Positions 8,926 to 18,616 of a DNA stretch of 58,404 nt are shown here, piece by piece. Position 1 is the stretch's first letter. Each line of letters opens with the position of its first letter. The position numbers were made by a program, and so were the translations under genes. This DNA comes from Rickettsia typhi. Lineage in GTDB: Bacteria; Pseudomonadota; Alphaproteobacteria; Rickettsiales; UBA1997. Under the pieces are notes generated by a model. The model made no database searches. It had not been told where the DNA came from and saw only the letters and a program-made list of their open reading frames with translations. The stretch covers positions 1 to 58,404 of the forward strand of contig CAMDJN010000002.1 of assembly GCA_945900795.1 (NCBI GenBank). Direction: 5' to 3'.

Positions 8926-11900
8926 CTATGGCAAAGTAGACGGCTCCAGTTTATCTGGGATTTTTTCTAGTCCCAAATATTGGTTCACATTACTAAAATT
9001 CGTCGCTTGAGAAAGGGAGAAAAAATTCCCCATGATTGATGTAGCAATATTTAAAGGAACTTGCTTATCGCTCCCCCAGGCCAACATGGTTGCTCGAAAT
9101 AGTAGGTCTGCATTACTATCTGCAAGGTTAAAAGATCCCGACAACACAGAATTTACCGCAGGCGCAGAAATTTCAAGACGCAGCGTCCCGCCCTTACCGC
9201 CATCAATCTGAATTATTCCATTCGCTTGCTTAAACACAGTTTTCGCTTTTGGATTCAACAAAATATTCTCGACCTCATGAGGATCTTTAATATCAGACCG
9301 ACGCGTGAATAATTTCTTTATCAAATCTTGCAAACCATATCCATACACAGCTGGGGCGTTAGTATTAATTGCAATCTTAGCCGCAAGATGTCTTGCGAAC
9401 TCCCTTTTATCACTTGCTAAAGAGGCTAGACTAGCAGAGATGTTGGCCACCCCCGAAAGATTGTCGATACCAAATAAATCGTGCAACATGGGCTGCAACA
9501 AAGCATTCTTAAACAGCAGCTCACCCTCAATAACTTTATTTAACTTAATCCCTATTGAACCTCTGTAGCTAAGCGATCCACCATAAACATTACATGAGAA
9601 ATCCGCCGGCTGCATCTTTCCGTCTTTCAACCTTCCAGTCAGCTTAACATTGCTGAAATCGGTTTGATCGATACGTAATTTATTAAAATTAAGTGATATG
9701 TTTCCATCAAACCCCTCTAAGGATGGTAGACTAAAAAACTGATCAAAAAAATCATGCTTCTTAACTATCCTGACTTCTAAATTTTTCTCATCCGTTACAA
9801 TGATCTTACTATCCACCAACTTGCTTTTCTGAGCAGTGTCATAAATCAAATTGTCCGCCACGATACTAAAATCAAACTTCGGCGGCTTTATTGTAACATC
9901 CAAAGCAAAATTTGCTTTAAGATCTCTTTTGTCAGATTTTAGCTCAATGTCGGGAATCTCAAAATATCCACGACCAAATCTTAACTTCACAACCTGATCC
10001 ACAAAGGACTCCCCCCTGTAAGACAATTTGTCGAAACGCATCGTCAGATCGTTGTGAGAGGATAAATTACTAAGCCAAAGAAACTTCTTTGTCAGCATAC
10101 CAGGGGACAAATAAGTGTTTTGTTCCGAGGTTAAAAAGTGATCATCAATGACAAAATTATTCACCTGGAAATTACCCAACAAAGTCGGTGTTTTTCCAGC
10201 ACGATCTACCGCCACATCTCCAATAATTTCCATTCTGGCAGTTTCGATAACTTCCCCCGTAATGTTACTTCCCACATTATTAAGATTCGCATGAATATTG
10301 CTTAAAGTTATTGCGTTTGGAAAAAGCAGAATGCTTGCATAAAAATCATAATCCTTAAGACTATCAAATTTTAAATTCTGAGCACCCATTCCTAGCCACG
10401 TAAAAAGGTCTTTCAAACTCTTGCCTTTAGCATCAATTTTACCAACAAATTTTGGTGTTTTGCTACTATTATCAACCACGCCATTAACTCTAAATATCGC
10501 CTCTCCCGGCATCTCAAAGGTCATCGGCAAAATCATGATTTCACCAAATTTTGAAATCGTTAGATAGAGATCTACATTTTTGATTTCACCATCGAGATAT
10601 TTTACATTTTTGATTTTCACCTCGGCCGCAAGATCGAAATCCTTAATTTTTCTTACCGCAATGATGGAGCTTAAATCAGGCTTTGTTGAAGATTCTTTCT
10701 CATCAACAACCCCTCCTAATCGCCTCTCTTTTTGATTCTCACCCTCATTTTGCTTAGAGCTCTGCGACTCCTCAACATCAAAAACATATTCTTTCGCACT
10801 GGATTCTTTAGCATCCGCGATCACAAATTCATCAGATAGAATACTATCAATGTTCAAATTATCGATTTCGATATTGGCATTGATAATCGGAGCTTTGTTC
10901 GTGACATCGATATCAATTGAACCATTGCCAGAGATTAAGCCAGAACCAATCGTCAAATTCTTTACCGAAATTTGTTTTGATTCACCAACGATTTCGGCTG
11001 CAATTCTAATTGGCTTCGCATTCATTTTTAGCTTCTGGTAAAAGATACCACTATTGCCAACATAGGCTCCGTAAAAAGATTTTAACTCCAGTATTTCAGC
11101 TTCAATCTGACCAGTAAAATCATTGGCGAAGATGTCACGCTCTCCCGAACGAAATATCCCATCCGCCCTCAAATTGAAGATGGGAGAGGTAATTTTAAGA
11201 AAAGAATCCTGTCTTTTTGATTTAGAATTCAGCTTTACCAATAACTCAAAATTACTCCTGATTTCATTGCTGATAAAATCTCCACGAGACCGCACGCCAT
11301 CTTCGCTCAACTTCATTTCCAAATTTATCATTTTGATCTGATTCGCCATGCCAACCCTGTCATAAATCACCATCTCACCATTTTTGATCACAATCTGCGG
11401 CGTAAGACTTGTAGCGCTTCCCTCAAGATTCGACAAAGGGAACATGGATGCGACGATACCCGGTCTTGCTGTTGCCCCAGAGAAATTTGGAGGAGAAAGT
11501 GAGGCCAATTTTTCAAGAAATTTATTTTGACGAGATTGCGGAGGATGGGACATGAAATAACTCTCCATCGCAGCATCGATTACGACGATCTTTCTGGCGA
11601 AAGAATTCTTGGAAAATCTAAAAAATGGGAATCTTATTTGAATTGATTTGGCATAAATATTGGAAAGCCTAACTGACCCTTCCTTATCCAAGGATTTAGA
11701 CTTGTAGTTTTGCAATAAAACATCATTGGCAACTATGGTCGGAACCGGCAAGAAAGCAACTTTGACATCGCCATTAATCACAATGTCGGCATCAAAAATT
11801 TTACTGAATTTTTCACGAAGAAGAAATTTCAACGCAGAGCCGTCGATAAAAAAAGGAACTAGATAGGCAAGAAGCAGAAAAGATAAAAATGTGATTACGA

Positions 11901-11979
11901 CTAACTTAATTACTTTAGAATTAACGACGCGATGTTTTATGTTTGCTAGATTCTCAGCGACCTTATCTGTATCCAACAT
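8926..11979 (-). CDS. AsmA-family outer-membrane biogenesis protein
   Basis: 1017 aa with an N-terminal TM anchor followed by an AsmA-like N-domain (FIDGSALKFLLREKFSKIFDADIVINGDVKVAFLPVP) and a long beta-rich body. Confidence 0.6.
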   Translation of the reverse strand: MLDTDKVAENLANIKHRVVNSKVIKLVVITFLSFLLLAYLVPFFIDGSALKFLLREKFSKIFDADIVINGDVKVAFLPVPTIVANDVLLQNYKSKSLDKEGSVRLSNIYAKSIQIRFPFFRFSKNSFARKIVVIDAAMESYFMSHPPQSRQNKFLEKLASLSPPNFSGATARPGIVASMFPLSNLEGSATSLTPQIVIKNGEMVIYDRVGMANQIKMINLEMKLSEDGVRSRGDFISNEIRSNFELLVKLNSKSKRQDSFLKITSPIFNLRADGIFRSGERDIFANDFTGQIEAEILELKSFYGAYVGNSGIFYQKLKMNAKPIRIAAEIVGESKQISVKNLTIGSGLISGNGSIDIDVTNKAPIINANIEIDNLNIDSILSDEFVIADAKESSAKEYVFDVEESQSSKQNEGENQKERRLGGVVDEKESSTKPDLSSIIAVRKIKDFDLAAEVKIKNVKYLDGEIKNVDLYLTISKFGEIMILPMTFEMPGEAIFRVNGVVDNSSKTPKFVGKIDAKGKSLKDLFTWLGMGAQNLKFDSLKDYDFYASILLFPNAITLSNIHANLNNVGSNITGEVIETARMEIIGDVAVDRAGKTPTLLGNFQVNNFVIDDHFLTSEQNTYLSPGMLTKKFLWLSNLSSHNDLTMRFDKLSYRGESFVDQVVKLRFGRGYFEIPDIELKSDKRDLKANFALDVTIKPPKFDFSIVADNLIYDTAQKSKLVDSKIIVTDEKNLEVRIVKKHDFFDQFFSLPSLEGFDGNISLNFNKLRIDQTDFSNVKLTGRLKDGKMQPADFSCNVYGGSLSYRGSIGIKLNKVIEGELLFKNALLQPMLHDLFGIDNLSGVANISASLASLASDKREFARHLAAKIAINTNAPAVYGYGLQDLIKKLFTRRSDIKDPHEVENILLNPKAKTVFKQANGIIQIDGGKGGTLRLEISAPAVNSVLSGSFNLADSNADLLFRATMLAWGSDKQVPLNIATSIMGNFFSLSQATNFSNVNQYLGLEKIPDKLEPSTLP

Positions 11980-11980
11980 T

Positions 11981-12511
11981 TTACCGGTTAATATCCTCCA
12001 TCATCTTAATCAGGCTACTATTCGTAATCAGGCCGCTCTTGTCTTCATAAGCATAAAATATCGACAACAAAACCAGAAATAGAAAAATTGAAATCAGTAA
12101 AAAATTGAGCAATTTATCCCTACTTGGCGCCAAATTATCCTCTTCACCAATGTTCAGTAATTGATGCTTCTTATTCTCGGTATTAGACTTAATCGGCAAT
12201 AATTTGATTTTTTCTTCGATGAGTTTTTGGTCGATCTTGAGAAGGATGGAGTAAGATTTGATAAGGCCTGGTATATATAAATGCTTGGTAACAGCTTCTA
12301 AATCATCGCTTTCAATCGCCTCAATATCAGACTTTTTGACACGAAGATGCGAGCTTATTTCCGAAGTCTCAATTCTCATTTCTGATCTTTTTTGCTTCAG
12401 AATATGACCAATGGAAAATTCGTCATGCATCACATCGGAGGCGATAAGAGACGATATCTCCTCAAGAGAATTGCTGATGAATTTTGTTGTTTCGTGGCCT
12501 TGTTCCTTCAT
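11981..12511 (-). CDS. RodZ-like helix-turn-helix membrane protein
   Basis: 176 aa with an N-terminal HTH (IGHILKQKRSEMRIETSEISSHLRVKKSDIEAIE) and one TM helix near the C-terminus. Confidence 0.5.
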   Translation of the reverse strand: MKEQGHETTKFISNSLEEISSLIASDVMHDEFSIGHILKQKRSEMRIETSEISSHLRVKKSDIEAIESDDLEAVTKHLYIPGLIKSYSILLKIDQKLIEEKIKLLPIKSNTENKKHQLLNIGEEDNLAPSRDKLLNFLLISIFLFLVLLSIFYAYEDKSGLITNSSLIKMMEDINR

Positions 12512-12545
12512 GTAATAAATTCATTCAAAGCGCGTTAGGGCCTGT

Positions 12546-13619
12546 TTATAATCTTAGTAACTTCTCTAAATTTTCTGTAGCATCCAAAACCGCAGATGAA
12601 GCGGACTTCTCCGACATTCTGCACAACGAATCATGATCGCTAATCAAATTTTTCAACAACTCACTTACCTCGTTGATGGTGAAATCATTTTCAGAAATAA
12701 CCATTGCCGCACCACGCCTTTCTAGATATCTCGCATTTTTCTCCTGATGATTGTCCGCAGCTTTAGCAAAAGGAATTAAGATCATCGGCCTTCTTGCTGC
12801 GCAAAATTCAAAAATCGAAGACGAGCCGGAGCGCGCTATCACAAGATGTGAGTCGCGTATCAGGTCAGGCATATTATCAAAAAAATGATTGATGCTGATA
12901 TTGATGTTAAATTTTTTATATTGAGAAAAAGTTTCCTGCAATAATTCCTGACGGCATTGCTGCACTACAACAAGGCGGGATTTGATGTTTTCACTGAGGC
13001 TAGAAATCGCTTTGGGCAATATCTCGCTAAAAATTTTTGCTCCACCAGAACCTCCGACAACCAATATCTGAAATTTATCCTGCAACAAATATGGCATGGC
13101 ATGTAGCTTCAGAATCTCTTTCCTTATCGGATTTCCAGTAAATACAACCTTGCTCTTGCAAGCCTCAACTACACCAGATACTTGCTCAAAAGACGTGGCA
13201 ATTTTTGCAGCAAATTTGGCGAATATTCGATTCACTTTTCCCAAATGAGCATTTTGCTCATGCAAAATAATCTTCGTTCTAAATAGCACCGCCACAATCA
13301 ATAAAGGGAAGGTCGCGTAACCACCAAAGGCAACCAAAATATTCGGTCTAATCTTCAAAAAAAAATAACATGATTGAATAACCCCAAGAAAGATTTTTGC
13401 TGCGGATTTGATAAGATTAAATGGCGATTTATTGAACTGTGAAGAGGAGATAATTTGCGACTCAAACTTGTCATCATGTCTGACATAATTTCGATATTTC
13501 TCATCACCAAAAAAAAATACCAAACATTGTTTTTCTGCTAGATACTCCGCAAGACAACGTGCCGGCATTATGTGCCCTCCTGTACCTCCACTAGAAATAA
13601 ATATTTTCTTTCTAATCAT
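12546..13619 (-). CDS. murG: UDP-GlcNAc:lipid I N-acetylglucosaminyltransferase MurG
   Basis: 357 aa with the GGTGGHIMPA motif and the two-domain GT28 layout. Confidence 0.85.
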   Translation of the reverse strand: MIRKKIFISSGGTGGHIMPARCLAEYLAEKQCLVFFFGDEKYRNYVRHDDKFESQIISSSQFNKSPFNLIKSAAKIFLGVIQSCYFFLKIRPNILVAFGGYATFPLLIVAVLFRTKIILHEQNAHLGKVNRIFAKFAAKIATSFEQVSGVVEACKSKVVFTGNPIRKEILKLHAMPYLLQDKFQILVVGGSGGAKIFSEILPKAISSLSENIKSRLVVVQQCRQELLQETFSQYKKFNINISINHFFDNMPDLIRDSHLVIARSGSSSIFEFCAARRPMILIPFAKAADNHQEKNARYLERRGAAMVISENDFTINEVSELLKNLISDHDSLCRMSEKSASSAVLDATENLEKLLRL

Positions 13620-14005
13620 TTTTGGTCGGAAATTTCGGGTTGCGAATTAGCTTTATTGTGACGAGCAACCTCCTCTTCGATCTCTTCTGGCAAAAGGTCT
13701 GGACGTATTTCTTTAACGTTTGCAACGCGATGTTCATTGCCATAAATATCAACTATCACCGTCATTTCTTCCTCGATTTTCGCTTTCTCTTCAGCAATTC
13801 CACAATCCATTTCATGCTTCAAATCATCGACCCCAAGCTCGTCTCCGAGTTCTTTTAGAGAGCGCTTCATTTCATTAAATAGTTTTTTAGTACGATAAAA
13901 AATCTTTCCAAAGGCATTGGCTATTTCTGGCAAATCTTGCGGCTTGATAAACAGTAATGTTACCAAAAAAACAAGAATTAGCTCTGCAAAAGAAAATCCG
14001 AACAT
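13616..14005 (-). CDS. tatB: Twin-arginine translocase TatA/TatB-family protein (length suggests TatB)
   Basis: 129 aa. N-terminal MFGFSFAELILVFLVTLLFIKPQDLP TM and hinge, then an amphipathic helix and an acidic tail. Confidence 0.6.
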   Translation of the reverse strand: MFGFSFAELILVFLVTLLFIKPQDLPEIANAFGKIFYRTKKLFNEMKRSLKELGDELGVDDLKHEMDCGIAEEKAKIEEEMTVIVDIYGNEHRVANVKEIRPDLLPEEIEEEVARHNKANSQPEISDQK

Positions 14006-14011
14006 TGTGAT

Positions 14012-14716
14012 TTATTTTATTCCAATAATTTTATGAATCTGCAGCGAGAGTAAGTATCCGCAGCTTTCTACCAACTGCAAAACAAGTTGTAAATTTTTCT
14101 GATTTTTAATCGCGTCACCCTCATCCATCGGTTGAATGTAAATCGGCACTTGCACTAAATCATACGCAACATTTGAGTACTCTTGACGATTTGCTGAAAT
14201 AATGAATTTGAACGCATTGATGCGAGGAAGCAGGTCTGGCCTGATTGCATGATATTTACCATTCGTAACTTTTGGCGAACAAACAATCATAACCTCGCTT
14301 GGTAATTGACGAAAAATTGTACCGTTAGTTTCGATTTGCACCAAAAATCCTTTCCGTAACAATTCTTCACAAAGCCTCTCTATTGGCTGACGCAAAGGCT
14401 CTCCGCCAGTAATTACAACCAACTTTCTGACAAGTTTCTTGGAAGAATTATTGGCAAGATTTTCTACCTCATTCAAAATTCTTTCCAAAGTCATTCTTCG
14501 GTAAGAATCGAATTCAGTATCACAAAAATCACAAGCCAAATTACAGCCACCAAGCCTGACAAAAACTGCAGGACGTCCCACGTAAGGACCTTCACCTTGC
14601 ACAGTAGGGAAAATCTCTTGCACATTAAGCTCGTGGCCCTTGTGATTCTCTGCTTTGAGGATTTTGTTTGTGCCTAGCATTTGGTATTTTTCGAACTCAG
14701 TTACTTGATTCTGCAA
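14012..14716 (-). CDS. queE: 7-carboxy-7-deazaguanine synthase (radical SAM)
   Basis: 234 aa with FPTVQGEG, the CNLACDFC radical-SAM cluster motif and ITGGEP. Confidence 0.8.
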   Translation of the reverse strand: MQNQVTEFEKYQMLGTNKILKAENHKGHELNVQEIFPTVQGEGPYVGRPAVFVRLGGCNLACDFCDTEFDSYRRMTLERILNEVENLANNSSKKLVRKLVVITGGEPLRQPIERLCEELLRKGFLVQIETNGTIFRQLPSEVMIVCSPKVTNGKYHAIRPDLLPRINAFKFIISANRQEYSNVAYDLVQVPIYIQPMDEGDAIKNQKNLQLVLQLVESCGYLLSLQIHKIIGIK

Positions 14717-14811
14717 TCAAGATTTAATCTCATGGGCCTGACGCAAAAGCGATTTTGCGCAGGGGGGCGCCCCCCCCCGGCCTGTATCAATCAAATTAAT
14801 CATTTGCAACC

Positions 14812-15219
14812 ATGTCTAAAAAAGTAGTAACACAGCACAGTAAGGAGGATGTCAAAGCCTATTTTAAAGCCCAAGACCCTAAAATCAAATCCGAAGGTGG
14901 AAGATTAACTTTCGCGATAAAGCCCAACGTTACAGAATTTAAAAGCGACTATTACGCCACAGAAGACCATTTTTTTCCCGACCCAACAAGCGAATCCAGA
15001 GCGGAAGCGCATAATGAAGATCTCCGCAACAACACAGCAGAGATAAAAGGGCACGAACCAGAAAAAGCTAAACCGTCCGATAAGCTAAGCAGCGAAGTCA
15101 GCAACATTGTATCCTCTTTAAAATCTACAACAGGAACACCTCCCGGACCAGAAGAAAGCCCCAATACAAAATCTTTTGTGGGCAAGGTAACGGTAGCTCA
15201 AGACAAGGGGGGTAGGTAA
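14812..15219 (+). CDS. Hypothetical hydrophilic protein (orphan)
   Basis: 135-aa ORF with no TM helix, signal peptide or recognised motif. Locally more GC-rich than its neighbours. Confidence 0.45.
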   Translation: MSKKVVTQHSKEDVKAYFKAQDPKIKSEGGRLTFAIKPNVTEFKSDYYATEDHFFPDPTSESRAEAHNEDLRNNTAEIKGHEPEKAKPSDKLSSEVSNIVSSLKSTTGTPPGPEESPNTKSFVGKVTVAQDKGGR

Positions 15220-15226
15220 ACTCTGG

Positions 15227-15898
15227 ATGAAAACTCCGCTACAAAAAGAATCGGACCGAGGAGCTCAAAATTTAAAATTACCCGAAACCGCAAAACAAAC
15301 CCTTAAACTGTCTCTACCTGTAGTCTGCGATCAACTTAATGAGATGATTCTTAACTGGTCCGAAAGCCAAGAGGAGGGCGACCAAGAAAAGATTTGGCTG
15401 CGCATATTCGCAGCACTTAATTTTGAACCTGAGAGATGTAAGCATTACCTATTAAGACGATTAGGATTTAAAGGAGACGAATCATCCAAAACAATTCCAA
15501 AACCTCAGCTTCCCGCGTTTGAAACCGCTCATTTGCTATTTGGAATTGCAAAACATTGCACCGGCACATTCGAAGAAATGGAAGAAATTTGGTATCATTG
15601 CGCCCGATTTCTTCCCCAAGGAAACAAAGAAGATTACAAACCAACCTACACCTCAGACACAAAAAACTACCTCACTGATTTTTTGCAAACTGAACACAAG
15701 GATGAGTACACCAAGTTTCATAACAAATTTTGTAGGGAGAGGATGGTTATTTTTTTCAGCAATCTAAAAGAAGATATTCGAAAAGAGCAGGAATCGGCCT
15801 CGACCCCAACAGCAACCTCACCAGCTAATGCTGTAATCTCTACAGTAAGCACATCTTGCAGTCCTCTACAAAAAAAAGAGCAACAACACCATCTCTGA
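15227..15898 (+). CDS. Hypothetical hydrophilic protein (orphan)
   Basis: 223-aa ORF 8 nt downstream of the previous orphan. No recognised motif; Cys, His and Trp residues are scattered through it. Confidence 0.5.
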   Translation: MKTPLQKESDRGAQNLKLPETAKQTLKLSLPVVCDQLNEMILNWSESQEEGDQEKIWLRIFAALNFEPERCKHYLLRRLGFKGDESSKTIPKPQLPAFETAHLLFGIAKHCTGTFEEMEEIWYHCARFLPQGNKEDYKPTYTSDTKNYLTDFLQTEHKDEYTKFHNKFCRERMVIFFSNLKEDIRKEQESASTPTATSPANAVISTVSTSCSPLQKKEQQHHL

Positions 15899-15905
15899 TT
15901 ACCAC

Positions 15906-17999
15906 TCAAAACACCTTACTAGCAATCAAATAAAACGTCCTTCTTGGACCATATCTCGTTGAAGCAATGCCAATTCCACTACCGTCAGAAAGTTGGTAAA
16001 CCTCATCAAACACATTCAGCGCAGAAAGTCGTAAATTCAATTTATTAACCATCAAAAAATCAAAATCACGGGCAATGGAGCTATTGACTTGCGTGTATGA
16101 TTTTAGGCGATTCGAAGCTGCAAATCCGTGACGCAAACCATTGCCATAGATTCCATCTAAAGCATAGCTAATCTTACCAAAAGAATAGGCGAGCCCCGCA
16201 GAAGCGCTATATGACTGGTCGTGATCAGCGTGGCCATATCTTCCGTCCAAATATAAAGCCTCATCAGACTCAACCAAATTACGACCAGAAGCAACTCCCT
16301 TAACCTTGGTTTTTTGTGCCGCAAAATTAGCGTAGGACGAGAAATTTCCCGACCTATAATCTGCGGTTAGCTCAATACCATGAGACCTGCCTTGGTAAAA
16401 ATTAAACGGGGTATAAATTTGTGCATTGCCAAACTGCCCCTCATCAAGCATGTTACGAATCCGCTTCAGATAAGCATCCAGACCAATTGTAAATCCTTTT
16501 ACAATCTTGCGCGACAAGCCAATATCGTAATAATCTGTACGCTCAGATTTTACCTTTCCACCACCAATTCCTTTGTCATTCGTAGTTCCTGCAAATTTTT
16601 CCAGAGTAGAATTTTGTAATCGCTCAGTTTGTGGAACCGTAAAATAACGCGCATAACCCGCATGAAATTTAGTTTTATCATTCAGATCGTAAACCATTCC
16701 TGCTCTAGGCTGAAATTGACCTTCGTGAGTCATGGCATGCGAAATATCAAACCTTCCACCAAAATTTAATGTAAGTTTTTCGGTCGCCTTCAATTCATCT
16801 TGTAAGTAGATCCCATAAAGCTGCGAGGAGCGTTTTGTATCGTCACGAATTGTCCTCGGATTAGAACTGGTTTGCGCATCCGACGCCCCAGGGAAAACCG
16901 CATTTCGCGTTTCTTTTTTATTGGCCTCGTCAGAAAAAAAGAAGCCAGAACGCAACGTATTTTTATCGTTCAAAGCATAACTAAAATCGCCCTGCACACC
17001 GTTGATAAGGCTTGAACGATCTACATCCGAAGCGATGCCATTAAACATTAAATCACCAACATAATCAGACCGGTATTTCATCTCGCTGTAGCGCGCAAAA
17101 TAAGAAAGCTGGTAATCAATTCCATAGTCAGAAACTCCCTGCCAAGCGAGAATTCCGTAGCGACTAGATTCTTGTTGATTCTGATTCAAAGAAGATGAGT
17201 CAACACTATTTTGTCCTGTTAAGGTATAAGATGGCCGCCTTCCCGGAGTATTTGGAATTTGAAAACGACTTGTTCCATTTCCTAAAATCAAACTCAATCG
17301 ACTAGAGTCATCGAGCAAACGAGAAAAATAACCAAAGACGCGATCTTGCTTCGTATCATTGTGATGATTTTTTCTCTCACGCGTTGCAGATTCAATCCCA
17401 CGATCATTTTGTAAATATGAGGCACTAAGAAAGTAATTCAAATTACCTTCTGAGCCCCCAACTTGCTGGTTAAGGCCACGAGTTCTATTGTCACCAATTG
17501 TCGCCTCCGCTCTTCCTCCTTTGTTAAAAATTCCTGACTTGGTTTTTATCTCAACTACACCAGCAGTTTTATACCCATATTGCGCCGGAAGGGCGCCAGT
17601 TAAGAGCTCAACGCTATCTGCAAAGTAAGTATCAAAACTTTGACCAAAGCCAGTAACGCCCCGGGGAAGCATGATTCCATTGATTCGATATTGCACCGCG
17701 GAGTGATCACCACGAATGTGAATCTGTCCGTTGGAATTTTGTGTAACACCAGGAGCGCGCAACAGCACTTGATTCAAAGTCGTTGCTTGCCCTTGCGGCA
17801 AACTATTCAAATCCTCTTGTGAAAATAAAAATGAACTTCCTCCCGTTTTTGGAGAAAGTTTATTGCGAGAATTATCTAATTTTTTTGCAGTAATTTCATA
17901 ATCCCAAATTTTTTGCCCGGATTCTTGTTTTACTATTTCTGCAAAAGAGTTGGATGCAAGCACAACAAGGCTTGCGAGTAATAAGGAAAATTTTTTCAT
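15906..17999 (-). CDS. TonB-dependent outer-membrane receptor
   Basis: 697 aa with signal peptide MKKFSLLLASLVVLASNSFA, a length consistent with plug plus barrel, and a C-terminal aromatic residue (SKVF). Confidence 0.85.
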   Translation of the reverse strand: MKKFSLLLASLVVLASNSFAEIVKQESGQKIWDYEITAKKLDNSRNKLSPKTGGSSFLFSQEDLNSLPQGQATTLNQVLLRAPGVTQNSNGQIHIRGDHSAVQYRINGIMLPRGVTGFGQSFDTYFADSVELLTGALPAQYGYKTAGVVEIKTKSGIFNKGGRAEATIGDNRTRGLNQQVGGSEGNLNYFLSASYLQNDRGIESATRERKNHHNDTKQDRVFGYFSRLLDDSSRLSLILGNGTSRFQIPNTPGRRPSYTLTGQNSVDSSSLNQNQQESSRYGILAWQGVSDYGIDYQLSYFARYSEMKYRSDYVGDLMFNGIASDVDRSSLINGVQGDFSYALNDKNTLRSGFFFSDEANKKETRNAVFPGASDAQTSSNPRTIRDDTKRSSQLYGIYLQDELKATEKLTLNFGGRFDISHAMTHEGQFQPRAGMVYDLNDKTKFHAGYARYFTVPQTERLQNSTLEKFAGTTNDKGIGGGKVKSERTDYYDIGLSRKIVKGFTIGLDAYLKRIRNMLDEGQFGNAQIYTPFNFYQGRSHGIELTADYRSGNFSSYANFAAQKTKVKGVASGRNLVESDEALYLDGRYGHADHDQSYSASAGLAYSFGKISYALDGIYGNGLRHGFAASNRLKSYTQVNSSIARDFDFLMVNKLNLRLSALNVFDEVYQLSDGSGIGIASTRYGPRRTFYLIASKVF

Positions 18000-18037
18000 T
18001 GTATTGTTTCTTAGTTAAGATCTGCGCGAAAAATGTT

Positions 18038-18403
18038 CTAAAAAACTAATGGAGGAGCGCGGGAGGGGTTGGAGGAGAGAGGGTAGGAAAGTTTTACACG
18101 ATCAAATCGTCGTGAGAAAAATGCCGCACAAAAAACCGCAAATAAAGTCAGAGCAATTTTTGACAACAGCAGTTGATGATGGAAAAAGAAACAAGAACAG
18201 GTGGCGCAATCATGAGGACTTTGCTTGGAATCTTTGGATGACTTCTTCTCCAAATCTGCATCAGCTTGCCATTTTGCGAATACATCCTGACCACCATGCG
18301 AAACGACATGAAAAAGCGAGAGGCTTTTACTGAGAACAAAAATGATCAGCAAAAACAAAATGAGATGACTGGAGATATACTTGATTTTGGGAATGAGATT
18401 CAC
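18038..18403 (-). CDS. Small membrane protein with a Cys/His cluster, possibly DUF2946-like
   Basis: 121 aa with an N-terminal TM helix, a HDCATCSCFFFHH cluster, a second TM helix and a C-terminal SRAPP. It lies directly upstream of the TonB-dependent receptor on the same strand. Confidence 0.4.
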   Translation of the reverse strand: MNLIPKIKYISSHLILFLLIIFVLSKSLSLFHVVSHGGQDVFAKWQADADLEKKSSKDSKQSPHDCATCSCFFFHHQLLLSKIALTLFAVFCAAFFSRRFDRVKLSYPLSSNPSRAPPLVF

Positions 18404-18422
18404 AGATTTTAAACTTCTGACT

Positions 18423-18575
18423 TATACCGAATCTGATTCAACATACCGATCTTTTTTTATCAGATTCAGTATATTGGGGTTCCCCCCAAGTTGTTTAATC
18501 TTTGGGGGGCGTCGCGAGTGCGACGTAAAAAATACAAAATATACCCAATCAACTTCTTGAAGTTGGATGGGTATA
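18423..18575 (+). repeat. Modular palindromic repeat, copy 1 (variant module A)
   Basis: Modules A, B and C are present. Module B is identical to the copy at 31683. Confidence 0.9.
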
Positions 18576-18616
18576 GACACCGTTTCTTCTGAACTTTTGA
18601 CTTTCGACCCAAACAA

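Noticed and set aside
14717-14811. Possible preQ1 riboswitch upstream of queE
   Set aside because: The spacer does not contain the conserved preQ1-I or preQ1-II core that I remember. The structure seen is a GC palindrome of a different kind.
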